The notes below the pieces were generated by a model that saw nothing but the letters and a program-made list of their open reading frames with translations, did no database searches and had not been told where the DNA came from. From Wolbachia endosymbiont of Dirofilaria (Dirofilaria) immitis (GTDB lineage: Bacteria; Pseudomonadota; Alphaproteobacteria; Rickettsiales; Anaplasmataceae), in the NCBI RefSeq assembly GCF_013365455.1, contig NZ_CP046578.1, forward strand, positions 450,001-482,000: 32,000 bases of DNA, in the 5' to 3' direction. A program made the position numbers and the translations under genes. This document shows, in pieces, positions 19,613 through 29,322 of this stretch (positions within the stretch are counted from its first letter, which is position 1; the number at the start of each line of letters is the position of its first letter).

Positions 19613-20539
19613 ATGTCTCAAAGTATTACAACTATACCAATAGAAGATAATAACATTAGGCTGGATAGATATATAAGAAGAACTTTTCCATATCTGAAAC
19701 AATCTACAATCGAGAAATCTCTAAGGAAAAGGTTAATTAAGGTTGATAATTGTAAAGCAAAGTCAAGCGATAGAGTGCATTTTGGACAAACTATAACAAT
19801 AAAATGCTTAGATTATATTGAAAATACCAATTCTAACCGTAAATATGACCAAGAATTAGTTAATATACTGAAAGATAATGTATTATACGAAGATGAATAT
19901 ATACTAGCTATAAATAAACCTACAGGAGTAATTGTTCAAGGCGGCATAAAGGTAAAAGTCAGCATTAATGATTTGCTTGACCGAATCAGGGAAGGAAAAA
20001 TATTTAAGATTGTTCACAGGCTAGATAGAGATACAAGCGGAGTGATAATATTTGCACGTAATGCTAATGTTGCAAGATACCTTACAGAGGAATTTAAAGG
20101 GCGAAGAGTAAAGAAAACCTACTTAGCATTAACCTCCGGCATACCAAGCAAGAATAGAGGAACAATAGATCATCCATTAGTAAAAAAATATATTTCAGGT
20201 CAAGAAAAAGTAGTCGTTGACGAAGATTCACCTCAAAATGCCACTACGCGTTTCTCAATCATAGCGAGATTAGGACAAAATGTTGCTTATGTAAAACTGC
20301 AACCAATTACTGGCAGGACACATCAATTAAGAGCACATCTGGCTTATATAAATTGTCCTATTCTCGGTGATGGTAAATATGGTGGTAAAAAAGCTTTTAT
20401 TGATGGAATAGTAAATAGAATTCATCTCCACTCGTATTCTTTATCTTTTAAGTTACCAAGTAACAAAAAAATTACTATCATTGCCCTTCCTCCTAAACAC
20501 TTTAAAAAGTCCATTGAGGCGTTAAACCCTATTACTTAG
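19613..20539 (+). CDS. rluC: RluA-family 23S rRNA pseudouridine synthase (RluC/RluD-like) with an N-terminal S4 domain
   Basis: 308 aa with an S4-like RNA-binding N-terminus (IRLDRYIRRTFPYLKQSTIEKSLRKRLIKVD), the catalytic motif HRLDRDTSGVIIFARN, and GRTHQLRAHLA. Confidence 0.85.
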   Translation: MSQSITTIPIEDNNIRLDRYIRRTFPYLKQSTIEKSLRKRLIKVDNCKAKSSDRVHFGQTITIKCLDYIENTNSNRKYDQELVNILKDNVLYEDEYILAINKPTGVIVQGGIKVKVSINDLLDRIREGKIFKIVHRLDRDTSGVIIFARNANVARYLTEEFKGRRVKKTYLALTSGIPSKNRGTIDHPLVKKYISGQEKVVVDEDSPQNATTRFSIIARLGQNVAYVKLQPITGRTHQLRAHLAYINCPILGDGKYGGKKAFIDGIVNRIHLHSYSLSFKLPSNKKITIIALPPKHFKKSIEALNPIT

Positions 20540-20765
20540 TGGTGCCTGTAGGCAATTTTGCCTCTCAAAAGGTAAAATATAAACACATCTATATTGTAAT
20601 CTAAGCTAGAGATATAACTATTACTTTTTAAGTATGCGCTGAAATGTTCAAGTTTATTATATCAAAATATAAAACATAATAAATGCCTAATAAATAAGAC
20701 CTACAAAAAATACAGTAAACATACAACAGAAGTTAAGCATACACATGCATCTACACATTAATGAA

Positions 20766-20798
20766 AAAACCTGTAGAAAAAGATAAATTTCAGGTTTT
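20766..20798. terminator. Possible bidirectional terminator hairpin between convergent rluC and pdhA
   Basis: AAAACCTG (20766-20773), a 17-nt loop and CAGGTTTT (20791-20798). Read on either strand, the stem is flanked by A/T runs. The large loop and short stem make it weak. Confidence 0.25.
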
Positions 20799-20848
20799 AA
20801 AATCTTTAAAGTGCATCAACAATTTTTTTGAGTCGTTTTGACTCACAG

Positions 20849-21832
20849 CTAGCAGTCAACAGATTTATAAACATCAGTATACAACTTATCAATGCTTGGT
20901 TCTCTACTACTTTTAGCAAAATCCTCCGATTTTTTCACTAGATCATGTATTTCCTTATCTATTGTCTTACACTCTTCCTCTGAAGCAACCTTGCTACTTA
21001 TCATATATTTCTTTAAAGTACTTATAGGGTCACGATTTTGCTTTATATCTTCAACTTTCTCTTTTGACCGATAAGTAGCAGGATCTGACATTGAATGGCC
21101 ACGATACCGATACGTCTTCATTTCAAGCAGAATTGGCCCTTTTCCGCTGCGTACATACTCAGCTGCTTCGCCTGTTGCCTCATAAACAGAAAAGCAATCC
21201 ATTCCGTCAACCTGCTTCCCAGGAATACCAAAACCTTCTCCTCTTTTATATAGCTCAGTTACTAATGTTGATCTCTGAACAGAAGTTCCCATTGCATATC
21301 CGTTATTCTCTATAATATAAATCACTGGCAATTGCCACAAAGATGCCATATTAAATGATTCATATACTTGCCCCTGATTCGCAGCACCATCACCAAAATA
21401 CGTAAATACCACATTGTTTTTTTTCTTGTATTTATTAGCAAAAGCTATTCCTGTACCAATTGGAACTTGCGCACCTACTATTCCATGCCCACCAAAGAAT
21501 TTCCTTTCAATATCAAATATATGCATTGAACCACCTTTACCTTTTGAGCACCCTGTTTCTTTACCATTTAGTTCTGCCATTACAATATTTGGATCAGAAT
21601 CACATGCGAGCATTAAACCGTGGTCTCTATAACTTGTAATAAAAGCGTCACCAGGTTTTGATGCAGCATGAGTTCCAACTACAACTGCCTCCTGTCCTAT
21701 TGATAAATGACAAAACCCACCTATTAATCCCATTCCATATAATTGTCCTGCTTTTTCTTCAAATCTACGCACTAGTAACATTTTTCTGTAGAACCCAATC
21801 ACCTGTTCTTTAGTAAGATTTTTTGCTTTCAT
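20849..21832 (-). CDS. pdhA: Pyruvate dehydrogenase E1 component, alpha subunit
   Basis: 327 aa with the TPP-binding block FGDGAANQGQVYESFNMASLWQLPVIYIIENNGYAMGT and YRYRGHSMSDP. Confidence 0.95.
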   Translation of the reverse strand: MKAKNLTKEQVIGFYRKMLLVRRFEEKAGQLYGMGLIGGFCHLSIGQEAVVVGTHAASKPGDAFITSYRDHGLMLACDSDPNIVMAELNGKETGCSKGKGGSMHIFDIERKFFGGHGIVGAQVPIGTGIAFANKYKKKNNVVFTYFGDGAANQGQVYESFNMASLWQLPVIYIIENNGYAMGTSVQRSTLVTELYKRGEGFGIPGKQVDGMDCFSVYEATGEAAEYVRSGKGPILLEMKTYRYRGHSMSDPATYRSKEKVEDIKQNRDPISTLKKYMISSKVASEEECKTIDKEIHDLVKKSEDFAKSSREPSIDKLYTDVYKSVDC

Positions 21833-21887
21833 ATTAATTTCTCTTTCATTAAACTCAAATAATATCAGAAATTTTTAACGTTTTATA

Positions 21888-22319
21888 ATGGATTATTATC
21901 GCTGGTTTGAAGCCTTTCACGTTATCTCTGTCATTATGTGGATGGCAGGAATGCTTTACTTACCTAGGCTTTATGTCTATCACACAACTGTAAAGCTAGG
22001 ATCGGAAAGCGATACCTTACTTCAAATAATGGAAAAGAGGCTACTTAAATATATTGTGAACCCTGCAATGCTCTTTTCGCTTGGTTTTGGTATCATATTA
22101 ATGACTATAAGGGAGGCATACTATGAAGGATGGTTTCATGTAAAAGCATTAGCATCATTCTTTATGATTATTATTCACATACTACTTGCAAAACATAGAA
22201 AAAATTTTGCAATGGGTTCAAATAAAAAAGCTCACATTTATTTCCGTATCCTAAACGAAGCAGTTACAGTACTAATAATAATTATAATTATTGCAGTCAT
22301 CGTGAAACCATTTCGCTAA
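21888..22319 (+). CDS. hemJ: HemJ-type protoporphyrinogen IX oxidase (UPF0093/CopD-like membrane protein)
   Basis: 143 aa with four hydrophobic helices and the N-terminal signature FHVISVIMWMAGMLYLPRLYVYH, characteristic of the HemJ family. Confidence 0.75.
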   Translation: MDYYRWFEAFHVISVIMWMAGMLYLPRLYVYHTTVKLGSESDTLLQIMEKRLLKYIVNPAMLFSLGFGIILMTIREAYYEGWFHVKALASFFMIIIHILLAKHRKNFAMGSNKKAHIYFRILNEAVTVLIIIIIIAVIVKPFR

Positions 22320-22352
22320 CCTTTTCCAGGAAACAATTATTAAAGAGCCTTA

Positions 22353-22381
22353 TTGACACTTTTCAATATTTATAGTAGAAT
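22353..22381 (+). promoter_or_regulatory. Near-consensus sigma70 promoter for the orphan ORF (TTGACA-N17-TAGAAT)
   Basis: TTGACA at 22353-22358, a 17-nt spacer and TAGAAT at 22376-22381, ending 32 nt upstream of the ATG at 22414. Confidence 0.4.
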
Positions 22382-22413
22382 ATATAGCATTCAAGGATTT
22401 AAAGTAAAAACTT

Positions 22414-22923
22414 ATGAGTGGTGAAGCTCAAGGTCCAAATATCGCAGAGTGGCAAGCTCAACAACAACATCAAGAACATCAAGAAGGAAAGAGTGGTTTT
22501 GGTCTTGGCTACAGTGACTCTGTTGCAACAATTGTAGATGGAATGAAGTGGCTGTTTAGCTTTCACGAAGGGGCAATTACTTCCTACAGTAATGTGTTTG
22601 AAGGTTTAGTAAATGGTAGTAGTCTGGTAACGTTGTTTGGAAAATCAGGTAACATGTTTGGCATAAAATTTCTTGAAGATCTTGCAGAACACTTTTCAGG
22701 TGAAAATAGAGACAGTGAAAGTATAACATTGGAGGGAATGGATATAGGTTATAGTGATAAATGTCTCCCTTACCCAGGTGATTACCCTAATTTTAGTAAT
22801 GAAATAGTTCATGGCGAAAGCCTACATGACATATATAATTTAGGCAATCACTGTGATCCATCTTTTTCACCTAGCCCTTCACCTTTTGTTGGTGATGACT
22901 ATGAACATGAGCTCGATGCTTAA
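22414..22923 (+). CDS. Hypothetical acidic protein with no domain I recognise
   Basis: 169-aa ORF with an ATG start and its own promoter-like motif. It has no TM segment or signal peptide. By hand count it has 27 Asp+Glu against 6 Lys+Arg. It has a Q/H-rich N-terminus (QAQQQHQEHQEG), a GYSD motif twice, and SPSPSP near the C-terminus. No shadow-ORF explanation applies, since there is no gene on the opposite strand. Confidence 0.6.
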   Translation: MSGEAQGPNIAEWQAQQQHQEHQEGKSGFGLGYSDSVATIVDGMKWLFSFHEGAITSYSNVFEGLVNGSSLVTLFGKSGNMFGIKFLEDLAEHFSGENRDSESITLEGMDIGYSDKCLPYPGDYPNFSNEIVHGESLHDIYNLGNHCDPSFSPSPSPFVGDDYEHELDA

Positions 22924-22995
22924 AAAGCGTTAAATAACAGTCGAGGTAAGCAACATTTTTCTTCAACTTATCATAATTAACACGAGTTCATTTTA

Positions 22996-24168
22996 GTGAA
23001 AAGGGTTTCAATTTTAGGATCAACAGGAAGCATTGGAAAAAAAACTGTAGATCTACTATTAAAGAAAAGAAGAAAATATCAAGTAGAAGTACTAAGCACC
23101 CACTCGAACTTTGCTTTACTAGCGCATCAAGCAAAATCACTAAGTGCAAAATATGTTGCCATTTCTAATGAAAGGTTTTACAAAGATTTAAAAGAATGTT
23201 TACTTGGTACAGGTATTAAAGTAGAAGTTGGTGCCGAAGGTCTAGCAAATGTTGCTTCTTTGCCTATTGATCTCTCAGTTGTTGCAATAGCTGGCATTGC
23301 AGGCCTTGAGCCAGTTATGCACATAATAGAAAGTGGCACTAAGGTCATTGCACTAGCGAACAAAGAAAGTATTGTTTGCGGTGGGAAATTACTACTTAAG
23401 AAAGCTAAGGAAAAAAATGTACAGATAATTCCTATCGACTCTGAACACAATGCGATTTTTCAAGTTTTACAAAATGATGATAAATGTGTAGAAAAGATTA
23501 TACTTACTGCTTCTGGCGGACCATTTTTAAACCATAGTCTTGAACAATTAAGAAACGTTATAGTAGATCAAGCATTAAATCATCCTATTTGGAACATGGG
23601 AAAGAAAATTTCAATTGACAGTGCTACGATGATGAATAAAGCTCTAGAAATAATAGAGGCACACAGCTTATTTAACATCAGTCCGAATAAAGTTGAAGCA
23701 GTAGTACATCCTGAATCGATAATACATGGAGTTGTAGTTTATAAAGATGGTTTCAACTTTGCTGTACTTGCGGAAGCTGATATGACAGTTCCTATTTCAT
23801 ACGCTTTATCTTGGCCAGAAAGGTCAGCTTTAAGTTATAAATTAGATTTAACAAAGCAAAAAAAATTGACCTTCCAAGAGCCTGACTACAAGCGCTTTCC
23901 TGCACTAAAGCTTAGCATGGAAGTGCTAAATTCTTCTTTGCCACACATAAATAGTATTGTGCTCAATGCTGCAAATGAAGTAGCCGTGAATGAATTTTTG
24001 AAATCACGCATTGGTTTTTTAGGGATAGTAAAAGTGGTAGAATCAACAATAGAAAATTTTGATAATTATATCAATATCAGTTCACTACCTGATATAATAA
24101 ATATTGATCATGAAAGCCGTGTTATCGCTAAAGGAATTATTGCGTGTAAAACCCTTACGTATAGCTAG
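22996..24168 (+). CDS. dxr: 1-deoxy-D-xylulose-5-phosphate reductoisomerase
   Basis: 390 aa with a GTG start, the NADPH-binding ILGSTGSIGKKT, LANKESIV, DSEHNAIFQ and ASGGPF. Confidence 0.95.
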   Translation: MKRVSILGSTGSIGKKTVDLLLKKRRKYQVEVLSTHSNFALLAHQAKSLSAKYVAISNERFYKDLKECLLGTGIKVEVGAEGLANVASLPIDLSVVAIAGIAGLEPVMHIIESGTKVIALANKESIVCGGKLLLKKAKEKNVQIIPIDSEHNAIFQVLQNDDKCVEKIILTASGGPFLNHSLEQLRNVIVDQALNHPIWNMGKKISIDSATMMNKALEIIEAHSLFNISPNKVEAVVHPESIIHGVVVYKDGFNFAVLAEADMTVPISYALSWPERSALSYKLDLTKQKKLTFQEPDYKRFPALKLSMEVLNSSLPHINSIVLNAANEVAVNEFLKSRIGFLGIVKVVESTIENFDNYINISSLPDIINIDHESRVIAKGIIACKTLTYS

Positions 24169-24172
24169 GAAT

Positions 24173-24931
24173 TCAATGATCTAAAATATACTCTTTTGTT
24201 AAGGATGAGCTAGCATTTTCGAATATTTCTCTGACGCTCCCAGATTCAATAATTTTTCCATTATGAAAGAAAATTACGCTATCAGATAACTTTTTAGCCT
24301 GCTTCATTGAATGAGTTATCATAATTATGGTGAATCTTAACTTTAACTCTTGTATAAGATTTTCGATCGCATTAGTTGCCATTGGATCAAGCGCAGAGCA
24401 CGGTTCATCCATCAATAAAATAGTTGGTCTTACTGCAATTGCGCGAGCAATGCACAGCCTTTGTTGTTGACCGCCAGATAAGGCTAATGCACTGTCTCGC
24501 AATCTATCTTTCAGCTCTTCCCATAAACTAACCTTGGTTAAACTATTTTCTACTATTTCATCTAATTTCCCTTTATTTTTTACCATACCATGTAATTTAG
24601 GCCCATAAGCAACATTATCATATATTGACTTTGGAAAAGGATTTGGTTTTTGAAATACCATGCCGACTTTTGCTCTAAGCAATACAACATCCATATCACG
24701 TGAATATATATTACCTAGTCCATCGATAATCAATTCACCAATAACTTTACATCCTGGTACATAATCATTCATACGGTTAAAACAACGTAAAAACGTCGAT
24801 TTACCGCACCCAGATGGCCCAATAAAAGTAGTAACTTCTCTTTTACGAATATCCAAATTTATATCGAACAAAACTTGTTTAGAGCTATACCAAAGATTTA
24901 AATTTTTCACAGAAGCACATGTGTCACTCAT
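24173..24931 (-). CDS. pstB: Phosphate ABC transporter ATP-binding protein PstB
   Basis: Walker [10 protein letters not shown], the PstB-typical [32 protein letters not shown] and Walker [13 protein letters not shown]. The track ORF extends to 24988, inside dapB. I place the start at the ATG at 24931 ([15 protein letters not shown]), which overlaps the dapB TGA (ATGA). Confidence 0.92.
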   Translation of the reverse strand: MSDTCASVKNLNLWYSSKQVLFDINLDIRKREVTTFIGPSGCGKSTFLRCFNRMNDYVPGCKVIGELIIDGLGNIYSRDMDVVLLRAKVGMVFQKPNPFPKSIYDNVAYGPKLHGMVKNKGKLDEIVENSLTKVSLWEELKDRLRDSALALSGGQQQRLCIARAIAVRPTILLMDEPCSALDPMATNAIENLIQELKLRFTIIMITHSMKQAKKLSDSVIFFHNGKIIESGSVREIFENASSSLTKEYILDH

Positions 24932-25722
24932 ATTACACTCTGCATCGAATAGAGACCTGGAGTTTCTCTCTTGTTCTCGTATAGCCATATTGCTGCTTGA
25001 ATAGCACCTCTAGCAAACGCTGTGCGATCAATTGCTTTGTGATTTAACTCTACCCGTTCATCAGAATTAACAAACATTACGCTATGATCCCCTATTACCC
25101 CACCTCCACGAGACACTGCAAAACCTATTTCACCTTTTTCTCTTACATTTGAACTATTTAGTAAATATTGATTGAACTTGAAATCCCTTTTTGAAGCGTG
25201 AGCAATTGCTCTTCCAAGCTCTATGGCTGTTCCAGATGGCGAACCTTTTTTTAAGCTATGATGCATTTCCCAAATCTCAGCGTCGTATTTATTACCCAAA
25301 AGCTCAGCAGCCTTTTTTACCAATTTCAGCAACACATTAACCCCAACACTCATATTTGCTGACCACAATATCGGAATCTCAGCAGCGTACTCTTTTAAAT
25401 TAACATTTTCTACTCCAGTTGTTCCACTTACCATCGGCTTTCTAAATTTTACAGCTGCCTTGAGACAAGCTAACATACACTCTTCAGTTGTAAAATCTAT
25501 TATAACATCGGATAACTCAAATATATCACTAATGGAACTTGTAATTTTGATTCCTAAAATAGAACCGTGGCCTATAATTGGTCCAATATCTGAACCTATG
25601 TATTTACTACCAGAACGGGTAACAGCACCTGCTATCTCTACTTTAGTATCTGTAATCAATTCACTAAGTATTTTTTTGCCCATCCTGCCTAAGCAGCCTA
25701 TCACTCCAACTCTGATCTTCAT
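24928..25722 (-). CDS. dapB: 4-hydroxy-tetrahydrodipicolinate reductase
   Basis: 264 aa with the N-terminal NAD(P)-binding [14 protein letters not shown] and the DapB signature [15 protein letters not shown]. Confidence 0.93.
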   Translation of the reverse strand: MKIRVGVIGCLGRMGKKILSELITDTKVEIAGAVTRSGSKYIGSDIGPIIGHGSILGIKITSSISDIFELSDVIIDFTTEECMLACLKAAVKFRKPMVSGTTGVENVNLKEYAAEIPILWSANMSVGVNVLLKLVKKAAELLGNKYDAEIWEMHHSLKKGSPSGTAIELGRAIAHASKRDFKFNQYLLNSSNVREKGEIGFAVSRGGGVIGDHSVMFVNSDERVELNHKAIDRTAFARGAIQAAIWLYENKRETPGLYSMQSVI

Positions 25723-26018
25723 AAAGCTTTTTATATTAACATTAGACCTTTTTTAAAATTTTGTCATTCTTGTAAGCTATAACTCAGACCTACTCACAAC
25801 TCAAAATGAGTATATATCTTATTAAGCTGCATGCCAAGTTACTCTGCTTTTTTTTCGTTGTTAAATATATGATTATTCTTTGTAAGATTAGATGCATGCT
25901 TTCTTAAACCTATCACTTCAGCAGTTAAATTTTAGTATGTCGTTGTTATTACAATCTCCAAAACATCAAACATATCTATACTTTTGCCTAACTATATCCA
26001 GTAAAATTATAAGAAAAA

Positions 26019-27023
26019 TTAGGACACAACACCAGCCATTTGCAGGGTATGTTGAAAAATCATTCTATGATCTAAATCAGCTGTTTTACAGGTAATTTCT
26101 AAGCTTATTAGCTCTTCTATAACCTTCTTGAGGTCTGAAAGTTGAAAAACTTTTAGATGAGATTTAAAACTTTTTAATTGCTTAAAGAACATTGGAGGAC
26201 TCAGCTGGTCAATTGCGGTTTGTTCACTCATTCCACCCTGGATTAACAGTAAAACGTTCTCAAGATGTAAGAAATAATTTAATATAATACGAATTAGTGC
26301 TATCGGTGAAAAATTTTCTTGTAGTATTAATATATCAGAAACTTTAATGAATCGCTCCATATCTTTATTTACTATAGCAGAGCACAGGCTATCAAGTGTA
26401 ACATAATCATTACTAGAAGTTGAAAGGCACAGCTCTATATCAGTATAGTCAAGATCTTTTCTTTTTCCTAGATATAAAACTAATTTCTCAAGCTCTGAAT
26501 ATATAGACAACTTGCTACAATTAAGGTAAGATTGCAGATGATAGATCACTTCATTTGTGTATTTTATACCATTTCGGTCTAAGTAATCTGATATTATATC
26601 GCAAGGGTTACTATTGCTATACCTATAGCAAGCAATGACACCAAAAATTTTTGAGCTTTCCATATAACTTTTGGTTATAGAATGACATGGAAGATCACTT
26701 GCTACCATCACTATATAATGACTACCTGTATTACGGTCCAACACGTTTTTTAACTCTTTAGATATACTCCCACTTACATTTGTCAGCTTAATTAATTTCT
26801 TGTTAGCAAACATCGAAATATTTGCCAGCTCAGAAAACAATAAACCAGGAGATTTATCCACGATTGTAAAGTCCATCACTTGAACTGAATATTCACTTAA
26901 ACCAGCAATTACTTCTCGCACGAAAAAATCCACTTTGCTATTATCACTTCCATAAATTAATACACCCCTCAAAGTATCAGGTTTCTCTAGAAATTTTTTG
27001 ATCTTAAATGGCGTAATCCTCAT
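26019..27023 (-). CDS. holA: DNA polymerase III delta subunit
   Basis: 334 aa. The N-terminus (FLEKPDTLRGVLIYGSDNSKV), overall length and helical C-terminal half fit the HolA family. Similarity is weaker than for the other calls. Confidence 0.75.
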   Translation of the reverse strand: MRITPFKIKKFLEKPDTLRGVLIYGSDNSKVDFFVREVIAGLSEYSVQVMDFTIVDKSPGLLFSELANISMFANKKLIKLTNVSGSISKELKNVLDRNTGSHYIVMVASDLPCHSITKSYMESSKIFGVIACYRYSNSNPCDIISDYLDRNGIKYTNEVIYHLQSYLNCSKLSIYSELEKLVLYLGKRKDLDYTDIELCLSTSSNDYVTLDSLCSAIVNKDMERFIKVSDILILQENFSPIALIRIILNYFLHLENVLLLIQGGMSEQTAIDQLSPPMFFKQLKSFKSHLKVFQLSDLKKVIEELISLEITCKTADLDHRMIFQHTLQMAGVVS

Positions 27024-27193
27024 ATCCTTTATATAATATAATTTTCACTTAAGCATAAGAATGTTTAAGAACTCTGAACTTTCTTGCACTTAGATATGTA
27101 TTTAAAAAAAATACCCTTTTTCGATTATATTACTTACTCAAAGCAACCATAATAATACAGCTATAAGCAAGCTATTAATAAACTAAAACGGAA

Positions 27194-28003
27194 TTAAGCG
27201 AATTTATTTAATACTAACCTCACAAAATAAGCAATAATTAAGTATGTAGCTGCAACAAGTATAATTGTAGGTCCTGTTAATAAATCAAAACTTACAGATA
27301 ACATCAAACCTGATATTCCAGAAATCACAGAAAAACCTGTTGCAACAACAACCATCTGTACTGGAGTTTTTGAGATAAGCCTTGCAGACGAAGCTGGTAT
27401 CAATAAAAATGCAGCAACGAGCAATATTCCTATTAATTGGGCAGACACTGCTATAAATATAGCAAGAGTAATCAAGAATTCTAGCCTAACCAAACTCACG
27501 TTTACTTTCTCAACTATTGCCAAATCTTGATTGATCGAAATCATTAGCCAGTAACGCCATCTAAACGCTAATATCAGAGTAACTACTGCTGAGATTAGGA
27601 AAATTAATACTATATCATTCTGTTCCAATGTTAATATATCACCAAACAATGAACTAATAATGCTACTATTGCTCGACGGGAGAAAGGACATCAATATTAA
27701 ACTTGATGATAAAACTACATTAGTAACGATATTTAATATCGCATCAACAGAGTATAATCTATTAAAATTAAGGGAAAGCATTATTGCAAAAACAATTGCT
27801 ATAAGCATTATGCTAATTGATGGACTGATCCTAAAGATTAAAGCCAGTGCAACACCAAGTAACGAAGAATGTGATAAGCTATCACCCAAGTACGATAATC
27901 TTTGCCATATCATAAACGACCCTAACGTACCTGTTACTAGGCTAATTATAACTATTGCAGTTAGACTATTAATAAAAAAGCCTTGCGTAAATATTTCAAA
28001 CAT
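27194..28003 (-). CDS. znuB: ABC-3 family metal (Zn/Mn) transporter permease, ZnuB-like
   Basis: 269 aa with 8-9 TM helices and the ABC-3 signature region FMIWQRLSYLGDSLSHSSLLGVALA. Confidence 0.85.
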   Translation of the reverse strand: MFEIFTQGFFINSLTAIVIISLVTGTLGSFMIWQRLSYLGDSLSHSSLLGVALALIFRISPSISIMLIAIVFAIMLSLNFNRLYSVDAILNIVTNVVLSSSLILMSFLPSSNSSIISSLFGDILTLEQNDIVLIFLISAVVTLILAFRWRYWLMISINQDLAIVEKVNVSLVRLEFLITLAIFIAVSAQLIGILLVAAFLLIPASSARLISKTPVQMVVVATGFSVISGISGLMLSVSFDLLTGPTIILVAATYLIIAYFVRLVLNKFA

Positions 28004-28004
28004 A

Positions 28005-28331
28005 CTACATTACCTTTGAGGCAAGTAACAATAAGTCTGCTTCAGATACCAGAATATTACGTTCTCTGCCTGCTATACCAGTTGTCATAAACTCTAAATT
28101 TAAGCCTTTTTGTTCTATAAGGTAAGCTTTAACTAAAGTATTCGTCATCTTACATATTTTACCAGTGCCTATTAATAAAACCTTTACTTCCTTTATTAAA
28201 AAAGATACAAAATGTCCTCTGCTATTTACACCACTCTCTTTAAGCTCAATCACCTTTTTAGGAAAAACTATAATCAAGCTACAATATTCTTGATTATTTA
28301 CTAATAACTTTCCTACTTCATAATTATTCAT
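28005..28331 (-). CDS. Mth938-like (DUF498, NDUFAF3-related) small protein
   Basis: Domain-like pattern Y.VGKLLVNNQEYCSLIIVFPKKV...VLLIGTG...LEFMTTGIAGRERNIL.SE, typical of Mth938-domain proteins. I prefer the ATG at 28331 (108 aa). The track start at 28406 would overlap ispE by 34 nt. Confidence 0.6.
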   Translation of the reverse strand: MNNYEVGKLLVNNQEYCSLIIVFPKKVIELKESGVNSRGHFVSFLIKEVKVLLIGTGKICKMTNTLVKAYLIEQKGLNLEFMTTGIAGRERNILVSEADLLLLASKVM

Positions 28332-28372
28332 AAAGTTTTTACTCTGAGAATTAAAGGGATTACATTTATAAA

Positions 28373-29239
28373 TCAAACTATTAACTGAGTGCCGCATACC
28401 CACCATTCTGGCTGCTTTTCCCTGATATTCACTGCAGCAGTTTTCGCATTTTTTTCACTATCAAATACTCCAAAACATGCTACTCCACTGCCTGACATTC
28501 GAGATAGCACAGAACCTTTTTGTGACTCCAATGCTAATATCACATCCTTGATCTCAGGTACAAGACTTACCGCTATTTCTTGAAGGTCATTTCTAGTTTC
28601 TTTAAGAAGTTCCAATATATCTTTTTCAACATCATCGTTCCATTTAATTGGTTCAGAAAAATCTCCCTTATATTTTGAAAATACTTCTGGCGTACTCAAA
28701 AATCTTTTTTTTGGTTTCACAAGCACCACATTTCTAGGCAAAGAAAATTTTTTTATGGGATACAACTCTTCACCAATACCTCTAACCAAAACTGGCTTAT
28801 TATCTATACTTGCGGGAACATCAGCACCAACGCTTATAGCTATTTCATTTAAAATTGACCTGTCAATCCGCCACAATTTCCCTAGCGTACGTATCACAGC
28901 TCCAGCATCTGAAGAACCGCTCCCTAGACCCGCAGCAGTTGGCACATTTTTTACAACTTTTATAACAACCTTAGTACGTACAGGAGCATATCTAAGCAGT
29001 AAGTTAACTGCTCTCATTACGGTATTGTACCTACTACTTATCTTGAGCTCAGAATTTATGAATTCAACTGTAGAATTATCATACTTGAAATCCTTTTCAC
29101 CTACCCTTATCTCCAAGAAATTAGAAAGATTAGCAAAAACAAATAAGCCTTCAACTAAATGATATCCTATTTCTTTTTTTTCTACAATATGCAAGAAAAG
29201 ATTAATCTTTGCAGGAGCCTTTACACAAAAACTTTTCAT
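28373..29239 (-). CDS. ispE: 4-diphosphocytidyl-2-C-methyl-D-erythritol kinase
   Basis: 288 aa with N-terminal APAKINLFLHI and the GHMP-kinase motif PTAAGLGSGSSDAGA. Confidence 0.92.
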   Translation of the reverse strand: MKSFCVKAPAKINLFLHIVEKKEIGYHLVEGLFVFANLSNFLEIRVGEKDFKYDNSTVEFINSELKISSRYNTVMRAVNLLLRYAPVRTKVVIKVVKNVPTAAGLGSGSSDAGAVIRTLGKLWRIDRSILNEIAISVGADVPASIDNKPVLVRGIGEELYPIKKFSLPRNVVLVKPKKRFLSTPEVFSKYKGDFSEPIKWNDDVEKDILELLKETRNDLQEIAVSLVPEIKDVILALESQKGSVLSRMSGSGVACFGVFDSEKNAKTAAVNIREKQPEWWVCGTQLIV

Positions 29240-29322
29240 TTGTATATCTTCACTAACACTACTTTTACAGTATATTTTACGATGCCATTTTAGTCAAACT
29301 TTATACAATTTCTACACTTCTA

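Noticed and set aside
20830-20844. GAGTC-GTTTT-GACTC hairpin just downstream of the pdhA stop
   Set aside because: On the pdhA (minus) transcript the hairpin is followed by an A-run, not a U-run. The stem is only 5 bp. It is not a credible intrinsic terminator.
24932-24988. Long 5-prime extensions of track ORFs: pstB to 24988, the Mth938-like gene to 28406 and hlyD to 5090
   Set aside because: The extensions overlap the upstream gene or a promoter hexamer, and they add residues absent from the conserved domain start. Internal ATGs at 24931, 28331 and 5054 give canonical N-termini.
25892-26095. 67-aa plus-strand ORF overlapping the 3-prime end of holA
   Set aside because: It has no motif, it runs into the convergent holA coding region, and its composition is consistent with chance.
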